NCBI GenBank assembly: GCA_011773465.1
Contig: WVXO01000064.1
Coordinates: 57,929 to 121,928 of the forward strand
Length of the DNA: 64,000 nt
Origin: Candidatus Aminicenantes bacterium
GTDB lineage: Bacteria; Acidobacteriota; Aminicenantia; Aminicenantales; Aminicenantaceae
Reading direction: 5' to 3'
The notes beneath the pieces are model-generated. The model made no database searches. It saw only the letters and a list, made by a program, of their open reading frames with translations, and was not told the DNA's origin. The position numbers and the translations under genes are program-made. Within the stretch, counting starts at the first letter, position 1; the number at the start of each line of letters is the position of its first letter. Positions 37,900 to 47,149 of this stretch are shown piece by piece.

Positions 37900-38436
37900 A
37901 TGGCTCAGCCAAAGCCTTTCTCGCCAGCGAAGCTTATCTGCGGGATTATTTCCTCCAAAGAGCTTCCTTTTAAAAAAGCAGAAGAACGCCTTGTTCAGCT
38001 TTATGGTTCTGTAGACATAACAAGTCCTCTATTCAAATTCAACTTTACTGATTATTATGAAAAACAGATGGGCAAAAATCTAAAAAGAAAATTTTTAAGC
38101 TTTGCTGAGCTTATTATTCCTGAAAAGTTAGGTGAGATAAAGCTTCAGACAAACGAACTTGAAGAAGAAATAAGAGAAGAATTAAAGGAAAGCCGAAGAG
38201 TTGTCAACCTTGATCCAGGCTATTTGACTCAGTCTGCTTTAATCATGGCAACTGCCAAAGATTTTGCTCATCGGATTCCTCTTCAGCACGGAATTTATGC
38301 CCATCTAGAATTGTTATTCAGCAAAAAAAGCATCAAAACTCTGGACTGGACGTATCCTGATTATAGAACCGAAGAATATCATAAATTTTTTATGGAAGTC
38401 AGGCGGACTTATCTCTCTCAGCTGGCGAATTTGTAA
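37900..38436 (+). CDS. Conserved hypothetical protein (DUF4416-like).
   Basis: A 178 aa soluble protein. Assignment is from memory of the family; no motif-level proof. Confidence 0.3.
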   Translation: MAQPKPFSPAKLICGIISSKELPFKKAEERLVQLYGSVDITSPLFKFNFTDYYEKQMGKNLKRKFLSFAELIIPEKLGEIKLQTNELEEEIREELKESRRVVNLDPGYLTQSALIMATAKDFAHRIPLQHGIYAHLELLFSKKSIKTLDWTYPDYRTEEYHKFFMEVRRTYLSQLANL

Positions 38437-38455
38437 TCCGGTTGGGCCCTGCTTA

Positions 38456-39247
38456 TTACAATCTACTACTTCTTATGAAGATCAAATAATCTTTTAAGGA
38501 TGGATCTTTTCCAAGGAGCGCTTCAGAAGAGTGTACGGCCGCCAAAATTTCTTTATCCAGGGGGTCAAGGATGGCAGCATCTAAGCCCTTCTGGAGAGCA
38601 AGCACAAGAAAAGCCCTGTTCAACGATTTCCGTCTTGGAAGGCCAAAAGACACATTGCTCACTCCAGCAATCGTATTCACTGATGGCAAATTCTCCTTTA
38701 TTTTCTCGAGAGTTTCAAGAAAAAGCTCTCCAGCTTTCTGGTCGACGCCGATGGGACGGACCAGAGGATCTATGAATATGTCTTTATGATTCACTCCCTC
38801 TTTGTCCAGTAGATTAACCATTTTGCGAGCTATCGAAAGCTCTTTATCAGAGGTTTTTGGCAGACCCTCATCATCAAGGCAGAGGACGATTACGCGAGGC
38901 CTCCACTCCTTGATAAGGGGAAGAAAAGTCTTTATTCTATTTGTCTCACCACTAAGAGAATTCACCAGGGCCCGTCCGTTATGAATTCTTAATCCTGCTT
39001 CCATGGCTTCAGGATTGGGAGTATCAATGGAGAGAGGAATGCTCAGCTCTTTTTGAAGGAGAGGGATAGTCCATTTGAGTGTTTGCACTTCTTTATCCAT
39101 AAGGGCAGCAGTATTAAGATCTATATAACTGGCCCCGGCTTTCTCTTGTTTTTTAGCTTGATTAACAAGGTATTTTTTATCCTTACGGTTTAAGGCTTCC
39201 AAGACAGGACGCCTGCTGGAATTAAGTCTTTCCCCAACAATAATCAT
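38456..39247 (-). CDS. Pterin-binding methyltransferase of the AcsE/MtrH family (methyltetrahydrofolate:corrinoid methyltransferase-like).
   Basis: 'MIIVGERLNSS' start and 'IDLNTAAL', 'LSIDTPNPEAMEAGL', 'IDPLVRPIG' and 'GVSNVSFGLP' are collinear with AcsE/MtrH pterin-binding barrels. Confidence 0.7.
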   Translation of the reverse strand: MIIVGERLNSSRRPVLEALNRKDKKYLVNQAKKQEKAGASYIDLNTAALMDKEVQTLKWTIPLLQKELSIPLSIDTPNPEAMEAGLRIHNGRALVNSLSGETNRIKTFLPLIKEWRPRVIVLCLDDEGLPKTSDKELSIARKMVNLLDKEGVNHKDIFIDPLVRPIGVDQKAGELFLETLEKIKENLPSVNTIAGVSNVSFGLPRRKSLNRAFLVLALQKGLDAAILDPLDKEILAAVHSSEALLGKDPSLKDYLIFIRSSRL

Positions 39248-39277
39248 CGGTTTTAGTTAATCTATTATGGTCTTAAA

Positions 39278-39450
39278 GGTGGGCTTGATAAATCAAGCCC
39301 CTACAAATGAATCAAATCCCCACATTTTATATTATGTAGGTGTTTGATTTATCAAACACACATCTATGATTATTCAAATAAACAAGGCTTGATAAATCAA
39401 ACCCCTACAAATAAATCAGGCCCTTACAATCTAATTCAATTAAGGTTTGG
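39278..39450. repeat. Composite cluster of family A REP-like units in both orientations.
   Basis: 'gggcttgataaatcaagcccctacaaatgaatcaaatcccc', 'gtaggtgtttgatttatcaaacac' and 'ggcttgataaatcaaacccctacaaataaatcaggccc'. Confidence 0.8.
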
Positions 39451-39469
39451 TGAATTAAACCGGCACATT

Positions 39470-40627
39470 TTAATCTTCTTCAATATCGAGCGCAGAAATT
39501 TCTCTCAGCTTTCTCACAATTTCTGGAAGCTCTTCCAGGACAGTTTTAACATCTTCTTCAGTATTAAAGCGGCCTAAAGACATTCGGATGGAGGAGCGGG
39601 CAACTTCAGGCCTAAGTCCTATAGCTTCGAGAACATGTGAGACTTCCTCGGCTCCTTCGCTGCACGCAGAACCAGTCGAGACATAGATTTCCTTCGTGGC
39701 CAGTGCTAAAAGAATGGCTTCTGCTTCTAAACCATAGAAGGAAAAATTCAAAGTCCCTTTAATCCTCTTTATCTCATGGCCGTTGAATTTCACTTTTGGT
39801 ATTTTTTCCTTAATTCCCTGTTTCAGCTGTTCGGCCAGCTTTGCTATCCTTTTTTTATCCTTATCTTTTTTTTCTGTAATGATCCTTACGGCTTCTCCAA
39901 AGCCAACGATGCCTATTGTATTCTCGGTACCAGCTCTCATTTCTCGCTCTTGATGTCCACCATAAATAAGCGGCAGGATATCTGTCCCTTTCCTAATATA
40001 GAGAGCACCAACTCCTTTAGGTCCATAGATCTTATGAGCGGAAACCGAAAGCAGGTCCACACCCAACTTATTAACATTGACATCTATCTTGCCGAAAGCC
40101 TGAACAGCATCGGTATGAACCAGGACCCCTCTTTCTTTTGCAATTTTGCTTATTTTCTCGATGGGCTGGATTGTTCCCAACTCATTATTAGCAAGCATGA
40201 TTGAGATAAGAGCTGTCTGAGAGGTAATCGCCTTCTTGAGAAAATCGACATCCACGGTCCCATATTGATCCACTGGCACATAAGTGACTTTCATACCCTT
40301 CTCCTCCAGATAGCCAGCTGTATTCATAACAGCTGGGTGTTCAATAGCAGAGGTGATAATTTCGTTTTTTTCAGGCAAAGCATCGAGAATACCTCGAATA
40401 GCAAAATTATCTGACTCTGTTCCTGAAGCAGTAAAGATAATTTCAGTCCTCACAGCTCCTAAAGCCTTGGCAATGACTTCTCGGGCTTCAGTGATGATAT
40501 CTTTGACTTTTCTTCCGATAGGGTAAAGAGAAGACGGGTTTCCGAAGTGTTCTTTGCTAAATTGAGACATTTTTTCCGCGACAGCTGGGTCTAGAGGAGT
40601 TGTCGCATTATTATCTAGGTATATCAT
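39470..40627 (-). CDS. nifS: Cysteine desulfurase (NifS/IscS class V aminotransferase).
   Basis: 'MIYLDNNATTPLDP' start. PLP-lysine motif 'SVSAHKIYGPKG'. Active-site Cys loop 'STGSACSEG'. Confidence 0.9.
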   Translation of the reverse strand: MIYLDNNATTPLDPAVAEKMSQFSKEHFGNPSSLYPIGRKVKDIITEAREVIAKALGAVRTEIIFTASGTESDNFAIRGILDALPEKNEIITSAIEHPAVMNTAGYLEEKGMKVTYVPVDQYGTVDVDFLKKAITSQTALISIMLANNELGTIQPIEKISKIAKERGVLVHTDAVQAFGKIDVNVNKLGVDLLSVSAHKIYGPKGVGALYIRKGTDILPLIYGGHQEREMRAGTENTIGIVGFGEAVRIITEKKDKDKKRIAKLAEQLKQGIKEKIPKVKFNGHEIKRIKGTLNFSFYGLEAEAILLALATKEIYVSTGSACSEGAEEVSHVLEAIGLRPEVARSSIRMSLGRFNTEEDVKTVLEELPEIVRKLREISALDIEED

Positions 40628-40663
40628 TTAAAAACCTCTTTTTTCGTATAATACGTTTATAAT

Positions 40664-40795
40664 GTGGGCTTTATGAATCAAGCCCCTACAAATTAATCAC
40701 GTTTCTTCAAAATAAACAAGGTGGGTTTGATAAATCAAACCCCTACAAATCAATCAAATCCTAGCAATTTATCAAGCCCCTACAATCTAATCAGG
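40664..40795. repeat. Composite cluster of family A REP-like units.
   Basis: 'gggctttatgaatcaagcccctacaaatt...gggtttgataaatcaaacccctacaaatcaatcaaatcc...atcaagcccctacaatctaatc'. Closely similar to the 39361-39445 portion on the other side of nifS. Confidence 0.8.
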
Positions 40796-40807
40796 TTCCT
40801 CCTTTTC

Positions 40808-42133
40808 TTATTCGTCCAAAGGATTCATAACCAGGCCAGACTTGAGCTTGGGAAAAAAGTCAGTGGACTTATGAGGCATGAGTTCCCCGTTCTCGACGAC
40901 GTCTCTGATTTGATGAAGAGAAACAGGCTTCAGAAGAAAAATCATTTGAAATTCTCCCTGCTTAACCTCATCAATCCCCTGGTCAAGATTCCTTATGTAG
41001 TTCACGTTGTTCTCCAGGGAGAAAGGTTCAGAAGATAAGGCTTCGAGCTTATCGATGATGAGAGAATGGAGAATAGCCACATCCAAACGTTTCCACTCTC
41101 TGGATCTCTCTTCGATTATTTCCTTATCTAAAAGATCTTCAGACTTGAGATTAAAGATGAAAAACTTTTCAAATTGAGAAATATAAGCAGCAAAAGTATG
41201 ACTCTCGTTGAGGACTTTATTTTGAGCTTCTTCAAGCTTGGATTTATCTGAAGTGTCGGGCCAGTCTATCTCAGATATTTCAAAATAGGGGAGGAGGAGA
41301 TTCTTGAGTTCCTCTTCTGAAAGTTTATCCAGACCCTTAACCAGCCTGTACGTGGGCAGAATCACCAGCCCTGGATCCTCAAGCTTAAAAAGAGTCATCA
41401 TGATGTAGTTGAAAGGTTCATCGCCCTTAGCTTCTTTCATTTTTTTGAGGACTTCTTTTTGATAGTTGAGGGAAGTTTCATAACGGTGATGTCCATCGGC
41501 AATGATCAGCACTTTATCTGCCATAGCTTCCTGAATCCTCTGGATCAACTCTTTTTCTTTAATGATCCATAATCGATGGAGAAAATTAGCGTCATCTCTC
41601 GTTTCTGCTCCAGGCTCCGCATTTTGCCTGGCTCTTTCGATTGCCTGAGAGACATTGTTTTTGTCATCGCTGTAAAGGAGGAAGATCTGACCCGTGTTTG
41701 TGTTTGTAGCCCGTAAGAGGTTCAACCTATCTATTTTATGTTTGGGAAAGGTTTTCTCGTGAGGGAGAACTTTTTTTGAAGAGAATTCTTCAAGTTTTAC
41801 CCTTGTGATAAGCCCTGTTCTTTTTTTATTTTCGCCTCTAATCTGGAATTCCTGTTCATAAAGATAGAGAGCGTCTTGATTTTCTCTGATAAGAAGGCCT
41901 TCCTTCTCCCATTCATCCAAGTAGATCTTGGCTCTTTTATATCTATCCTTTTCAACATGGTCGGGGTCATCATCTTTTCCCAGGATAATTCTCACCACAT
42001 TATAAGGATTCCTTCTATAATAATCTTCCTGCATTGCTGGAGTAATCCGGTCATAGGGCTCGGTGATGACCTCCTCCAATTTTATTTTCTGAATATTATA
42101 TCGCAAACCTTTGAAAGGTCTTATTTCTGCCAT
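40808..42133 (-). CDS. DUF1015-family protein.
   Basis: 'IRPFKGLRYN' N-terminus typical of DUF1015. 441 aa. Confidence 0.6.
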   Translation of the reverse strand: MAEIRPFKGLRYNIQKIKLEEVITEPYDRITPAMQEDYYRRNPYNVVRIILGKDDDPDHVEKDRYKRAKIYLDEWEKEGLLIRENQDALYLYEQEFQIRGENKKRTGLITRVKLEEFSSKKVLPHEKTFPKHKIDRLNLLRATNTNTGQIFLLYSDDKNNVSQAIERARQNAEPGAETRDDANFLHRLWIIKEKELIQRIQEAMADKVLIIADGHHRYETSLNYQKEVLKKMKEAKGDEPFNYIMMTLFKLEDPGLVILPTYRLVKGLDKLSEEELKNLLLPYFEISEIDWPDTSDKSKLEEAQNKVLNESHTFAAYISQFEKFFIFNLKSEDLLDKEIIEERSREWKRLDVAILHSLIIDKLEALSSEPFSLENNVNYIRNLDQGIDEVKQGEFQMIFLLKPVSLHQIRDVVENGELMPHKSTDFFPKLKSGLVMNPLDE

Positions 42134-42225
42134 TTTACCTCCGTTCTAATCCCAATCTTATTGAGCTAATTGCTTATGATGGCTGCACCATCCACTGATA
42201 AGGAAAATGCTATTTTAAATAATTT

Positions 42226-43137
42226 CTAAGCTAATCTCTCTTTTAGAATCTTGACAACCTCCATACCTGCTCTTTTTTGGCCTTCCTTGGCAGCAGCCCC
42301 GATATGAGGGGTTGCAATCACATTTGGATTATCGATAAGAGAGAAATCATCCGGCGGTTCTTTCTCATATACGTCCATCCCTGTGGCTCTGACTTTTCCA
42401 GATTCGAGAGCCCGGAGAAGTGCGCCCTCGTCCACAGTCCCTCCCCGTGAGGCGTTGATGATGATAACTCCCTCCTTCATTTTTTCGAACTCAGGCTCGC
42501 TTATTATATGTTTCGTATCTTCTGTTAAGGGCACATGAAGAGTGATGATGTCTGCCTGTGCAATAAGTTCTTCAAGACTAACCTGTTTTAGGTCAAGATC
42601 TGTTTTTACATCAATAACATCATAGGCGATGACTTTCATGCCAAAGGCGAGGGCGCGCCGGGCAACCTCTTGGCCAATTCTTCCTATGCCGATGATCCCC
42701 AGAGTTTTTCCGTATAGCTCTGTTCCTGAGAGAATTTTTTTCTCCCACTTGTGCTCTTTCATGGAAAGATTTGCTCTTCCGTGGTTTCTAACAGCAGCTA
42801 GCATCAATCCAAAAGTATGTTCTGCAACGGAAATAGATGTTGCGGCAGGTGTATTTGCTACCTGAATTCCTTTTTCCTGAGCTGCAGCGACATCGATGTT
42901 ATCAAGACCTATTCCGGCTCTAACGATGAGCTCCATGTTTGAGGCAGCCTCGATAGCATTTTTAGTAACTTTTGTCGCTCCTCTAACGACAGCCGCATGA
43001 AAATCGGGGATTGTTTTGATCAATTCCTCTTCATCCATTCCTGTTTTTAAAGTGACTTCAAAACCCGGAATGGATTTGAGTTCTTCAAAAGCTTCCGGGC
43101 TTAAAGGATCGGCTACGAGTATTTTTTTCATTCCCAA
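42226..43137 (-). CDS. serA: D-3-phosphoglycerate dehydrogenase / D-isomer-specific 2-hydroxyacid dehydrogenase (short form).
   Basis: NAD fold 'LGIIGIGRIGQEVARRALAFGMKVIAYD', catalytic region 'NASRGGTVDE' and 'TPHIGA'. Confidence 0.8.
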   Translation of the reverse strand: MGMKKILVADPLSPEAFEELKSIPGFEVTLKTGMDEEELIKTIPDFHAAVVRGATKVTKNAIEAASNMELIVRAGIGLDNIDVAAAQEKGIQVANTPAATSISVAEHTFGLMLAAVRNHGRANLSMKEHKWEKKILSGTELYGKTLGIIGIGRIGQEVARRALAFGMKVIAYDVIDVKTDLDLKQVSLEELIAQADIITLHVPLTEDTKHIISEPEFEKMKEGVIIINASRGGTVDEGALLRALESGKVRATGMDVYEKEPPDDFSLIDNPNVIATPHIGAAAKEGQKRAGMEVVKILKERLA

Positions 43138-44273
43138 TTCTCCTTTAAAATAGCTTCAGCTGCCCCTACAGCACTTCCTCTCTCAAAATCAAATCCCAGT
43201 TCAGAGAGTGTCATCTCAAGCGCTGTGAGAGCAGTTATTATATCGAAGCCTCCCATGTATCCAAGGTGGGCTATCCGGAATATCTTTCCTTTGTAGGGAT
43301 CTTGGCCGCCTGCAATGTAGGCCATGTACTTTCCCTGCATGGTCTTAACAAGTTTCAAACCATCAATTCCGGCAGGAACCTTAACAGCTGTCAGGATGTT
43401 TCCAGGACTTTTAGAGAGAAGCTCCAGACCGATAGCTTTTACTCCTGCCCTTGTAGCATCGCCCAGGATGCGGTGATGTTCAAAAAGCTTCTCCAAGCCT
43501 ACTGATTTAATAATATCCAGAGCTTTTTTCTGCTGGATTATGAGCGAAACTGCAGGAGTATAGGGTGTTGTTCTTTTTTCCAAGTTTTTCTTATATTTTT
43601 TGGCATCAAAATAAAATTTTGGCAGAGTTGATTTTTCCACTAAATCCCAGGCTTTGGGACTAAAAGAAAGGTAGGCGAGGCCGGGCGGGATCATGAATGA
43701 CTTTTGGGAACCTGCAACCATAACATCCACCTTCCACCCGTCTACGGGACAGGGAGTAGCCCCTAGTCCAGAAATTCCGTCAACGACTAGGATTGCATCT
43801 GACTTAGCTAAAACCTCTCCGAATCCCTGAATGTCATAAACTGTCCCCGAAGAAGTTTCAGAAAGGGTAGCAAAAACCGCCTTTGTTTCAGGGTTGGCTT
43901 TTAGTTCTTCTGCAAGCTGGTCTTTAGAAAACGGCTCACCCCATTCCAGAATGACTTCTCTAACTTCTGCTCCATAACTCCGGCAAATTTGACCCCATCT
44001 CTCGCCGAATTTTCCTCCGCTGAGAGTGATTACTTTTTCCCCCGGGTTGAGAGTACTGCAAACAGCAGCTTCCATGGCTCCTGTTCCAGATGAAGTTAAA
44101 ACAAATACATCTTGCTCTGTCTCAAATACGTACTTCAGCCCCTCTGTCACTTCCATAAAAATATCTGAAAATTCAGGAGTTCGGTGATGGATAATTGGAT
44201 TTGCGGCTGCAGATAGTACATTTTCAGGAACAGGCGTAGGACCGGGAGAAAGAAGGTAATATTTTTTTATCAT
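43128..44273 (-). CDS. Class V aminotransferase (serine-pyruvate / alanine-glyoxylate / archaeal-type phosphoserine aminotransferase).
   Basis: 'LLSPGPTPVPENV' N-terminus. PLP-lysine region 'VDVMVAGSQKSFMIPPGL'. Overlaps serA by 10 nt. Confidence 0.8.
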   Translation of the reverse strand: MIKKYYLLSPGPTPVPENVLSAAANPIIHHRTPEFSDIFMEVTEGLKYVFETEQDVFVLTSSGTGAMEAAVCSTLNPGEKVITLSGGKFGERWGQICRSYGAEVREVILEWGEPFSKDQLAEELKANPETKAVFATLSETSSGTVYDIQGFGEVLAKSDAILVVDGISGLGATPCPVDGWKVDVMVAGSQKSFMIPPGLAYLSFSPKAWDLVEKSTLPKFYFDAKKYKKNLEKRTTPYTPAVSLIIQQKKALDIIKSVGLEKLFEHHRILGDATRAGVKAIGLELLSKSPGNILTAVKVPAGIDGLKLVKTMQGKYMAYIAGGQDPYKGKIFRIAHLGYMGGFDIITALTALEMTLSELGFDFERGSAVGAAEAILKENWE

Positions 44274-44452
44274 ATGAGTCCTCCTTTTGATACATAAATT
44301 ATCGAGTCTTCCCCTATGAGATTTATATATCTCTCAAGGAGCGATTCTTATAAAATAATACAAATCTAACGGGATGAATAACGATAATTTAAATCATATA
44401 AATCGGGATAGATCCGACAATTTAAACTAACAAAATTTGGGGTGTCAGTCAA

Positions 44453-45583
44453 TCAAAGTCTGATTAGTATTTCTGTCAGGAGAGCTGTTCTCTCTATGAG
44501 AGAGGATAGAATGAGGTGCTCGTTTTCCGCATGAATTCCTTCTCCGTCAGGACCCAGGCCATCCAGAGTAGGGATTCCAAGGCTGGAAGCTATCGAAGCA
44601 TCAGAGCCACCTCCAGTCTTGCCCGCATCCAGTTTCATATCCAAAGACGAAGCAATTTTTCTGACTTCAGAGAGGAGATCCGTCGAAGCTTCTGTTTTTT
44701 CCATAGGAGGAGCAAAGCTTTCTATAGAAAATTTGATTTTAGCGCCTTTGAGGATTGGTTTCAGATGCTTCAGAGACGTGACGAGTTTTTCCTTCTGGAT
44801 TTTTTGCCAGAACCTTATATCCAGAATGGCCCAAGCTTTCTCAGCCACTATGTTTGGCTTTTCTCCTCCTCCTATCAAGCCGGTGTTGATCGTTATGTTT
44901 TTTGTTTTTAGCTTTTGGACTCGGCCAAGCTGCAGCATTAGTTCATCAATAGCGTTGATTCCTTTCTCGGGAGTTCCCGCATGAGCTGCTTTACCTTTGG
45001 CTTCCAAGCGGATAACAATACGACCTTTTCTTTGCATCTTTAATGCCCCTCCTGGAAGGGAAGGCTCAAGGCAAAGCACATAGTCTGATTTTCTTGATAA
45101 GGTTCTAATGGCATCATAAGATATATCACTGCCTATCTCTTCGGCTGAATTTATGAAAACGGCAATTTTCTTTTTGGGCTGGATATCTAGCTCTTTTAGT
45201 GCCCTGAGAGAATATATGGCCATAACGAGACCAGCCTTCATATCCAAGGCTCCGGGGCCGAACACCTTATTTTCAGATACATAAAAGGGCATTTTGCGAA
45301 TCTTCCCCACAGGCCAAACCGTATCGATATGAGTAAGGATTAGAATCTGCTCCTTTTTATCTTTAAGGCCAGAAGAAGGATACTCAGCAAGGTAAAATGT
45401 GCCTAGCTCTTTTTGGGGAAATCGAGTTATTTTGGCGCCAGTTTTTTTTAACTCATCTATGACATAAGAAGAGCACGTATCTACAGCCTTTTTTTCTCCA
45501 GAGGGAGATTCGCGGCCCACTATTTCTTTCAGAAGGCGTATCATCTCTCCCTGGCGAGATCTAAAGTAATGAAAGAAATCCAT
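44453..45583 (-). CDS. M20-family metallopeptidase (ArgE/DapE/carboxypeptidase G2-like).
   Basis: 'LILTHIDTVWP', 'GPGALDMKAGL' and 'NSAEEIGS' are M20 metal and catalytic motifs. Confidence 0.8.
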   Translation of the reverse strand: MDFFHYFRSRQGEMIRLLKEIVGRESPSGEKKAVDTCSSYVIDELKKTGAKITRFPQKELGTFYLAEYPSSGLKDKKEQILILTHIDTVWPVGKIRKMPFYVSENKVFGPGALDMKAGLVMAIYSLRALKELDIQPKKKIAVFINSAEEIGSDISYDAIRTLSRKSDYVLCLEPSLPGGALKMQRKGRIVIRLEAKGKAAHAGTPEKGINAIDELMLQLGRVQKLKTKNITINTGLIGGGEKPNIVAEKAWAILDIRFWQKIQKEKLVTSLKHLKPILKGAKIKFSIESFAPPMEKTEASTDLLSEVRKIASSLDMKLDAGKTGGGSDASIASSLGIPTLDGLGPDGEGIHAENEHLILSSLIERTALLTEILIRL

Positions 45584-45718
45584 GAATTCTCCTCCTCTCT
45601 GCGATTATAAATGTATCATATAAAAAGGAGACAGGCTACTTTTTTATCCTCAGTGCTGCTCTCTTTGTGGCCTTTTTAAACCTCATTTCCAGGCCTGAAA
45701 AATAAATAGCGCCTTTTC

Positions 45719-46897
45719 TCAAATAAACAAAGATTTGGCCTTTCTAAAAGACTCGCTAACTCCTCTAAAAATTCTTCCCAAAGGGCGCTGCCCGAGCTTA
45801 ATGGCCTGGAAGCGGCAAACCTCATGGCAGCACATACAGTGGATACAGCGGCCTCTATCTATCCAAACTGAATCCCCGTCAAATCTTGCTGCTCCTTTAG
45901 GGCATATGTTTACACACTCCACACATAAAGTGCATTTATTCATGACAATCCTTGGAGCGAGTGTCAGCTGGCTTTGGACGAAACCGTGAAGGAATGAGGG
46001 GATCTTTCTCTTGATAAAACCCGCAGCAACAGCTGAATGTTTAAAATTCCTTACTTCAACACCACTTATATCTTCTCCTGCAATCTCTATCTTCTCGATT
46101 TTGCCTATTCCTAAGCCCCTTTCGTGAGCGTTCTGAGTCGTGAAGATGTTCATAGGATTAAAACCCACAATTCTTGATGCAACAGCATCCACTGCTACGC
46201 TATCTTGAGAGGCAATGATGAGCCCAACTCTTTTAGGATTTCCTCCGGATGGTCCTTCACCCTGCATACCTACTATCGCGTCCATGATGGTCAGATGCGG
46301 CGGAGCACAAGAGAAGATATCCACGAGCATCTGGCTAAAAACATCGTTCCCTTTATACAGGCGATGATAATCGAGGCGAAGTCCGTACGGGATTATGCCG
46401 AACATGTTTTTCACGGCCCCTGTTAATGCAGTAAGAGAATGGGTCTTCAATTTGGGAAGATTCAGGATATATTCTGCTTCATGAATAAAAGGAGAAATAA
46501 GGACCTTTTTTAAAATTTGCCCCTTGCAGTTGATTTCTCTAAATCCTCTTTCCTTCAAGTTGACAAGGGGGACACCCAGATCATTGCAGATCCGACGGTA
46601 ACCGGAGAGAAGGAAGCCATCTTTCTCCTTTGATTGGATGTCATCTCCAACTGTTATATCAATATTTAATTCTAACAAAAGGAGCAGGACTTCTCTTGTA
46701 AAGGAAGGATGAGTTACGATAGCATCATCTGGAGATGAAGGAGGGGAGAGATGATTTATTTTGACAAAGACTTTGCTTCGAGGCTTAATGATTTTCTCTA
46801 AGTCGCCCAGAAGAGACAGGTTCCTCTTCAAAGCAGTATGGATCTCTTCACTATTATAGTCAGCAACTTTTACTATCGAGACTTTTGCCTTTTTCAT
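45719..46897 (-). CDS. DUF362-domain protein with a C-terminal 2x[4Fe-4S] ferredoxin domain.
   Basis: C-terminal cysteines 'CTLCVECVNICP' and 'CIHCMCCHEVC'. The N-terminal 'KVSIVKVADY' region is DUF362-like. Confidence 0.65.
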   Translation of the reverse strand: MKKAKVSIVKVADYNSEEIHTALKRNLSLLGDLEKIIKPRSKVFVKINHLSPPSSPDDAIVTHPSFTREVLLLLLELNIDITVGDDIQSKEKDGFLLSGYRRICNDLGVPLVNLKERGFREINCKGQILKKVLISPFIHEAEYILNLPKLKTHSLTALTGAVKNMFGIIPYGLRLDYHRLYKGNDVFSQMLVDIFSCAPPHLTIMDAIVGMQGEGPSGGNPKRVGLIIASQDSVAVDAVASRIVGFNPMNIFTTQNAHERGLGIGKIEKIEIAGEDISGVEVRNFKHSAVAAGFIKRKIPSFLHGFVQSQLTLAPRIVMNKCTLCVECVNICPKGAARFDGDSVWIDRGRCIHCMCCHEVCRFQAIKLGQRPLGRIFRGVSESFRKAKSLFI

Positions 46898-46982
46898 TTT
46901 TTTATTATATGCAAGAAAAGATAGAAAGGCGAGACTATAAATGGAGTCTTCATATGATGATATTTGGGGGATGGCATCGCTC

Positions 46983-47128
46983 CCAAAAGATTTTTTACAC
47001 CATTCAAATTCCGCACTTCTCGGCGGCTGCGTAACCCGCGCTACTCAAACATACTCGCTGGTCCACTACGTGGACTCCCTTCGAAGAACAGAATTTAAAG
47101 GCTAAATCTTTTAAGGTCGCTTCATCCA
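46983..47128. repeat. Family B repeated element (copy 2), with a short central hairpin 'ggtccactacgtggac'.
   Basis: 'ccattcaaattccgcacttctcggcggctgcgtaacccgcgctactcaaacatactcgct' ... 'cagaatttaaaggctaaatcttttaaggtcgc'. Immediately upstream of CDS 47150. Confidence 0.7.
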
Positions 47129-47149
47129 TCCCTCAAATACTCCTGCGTT

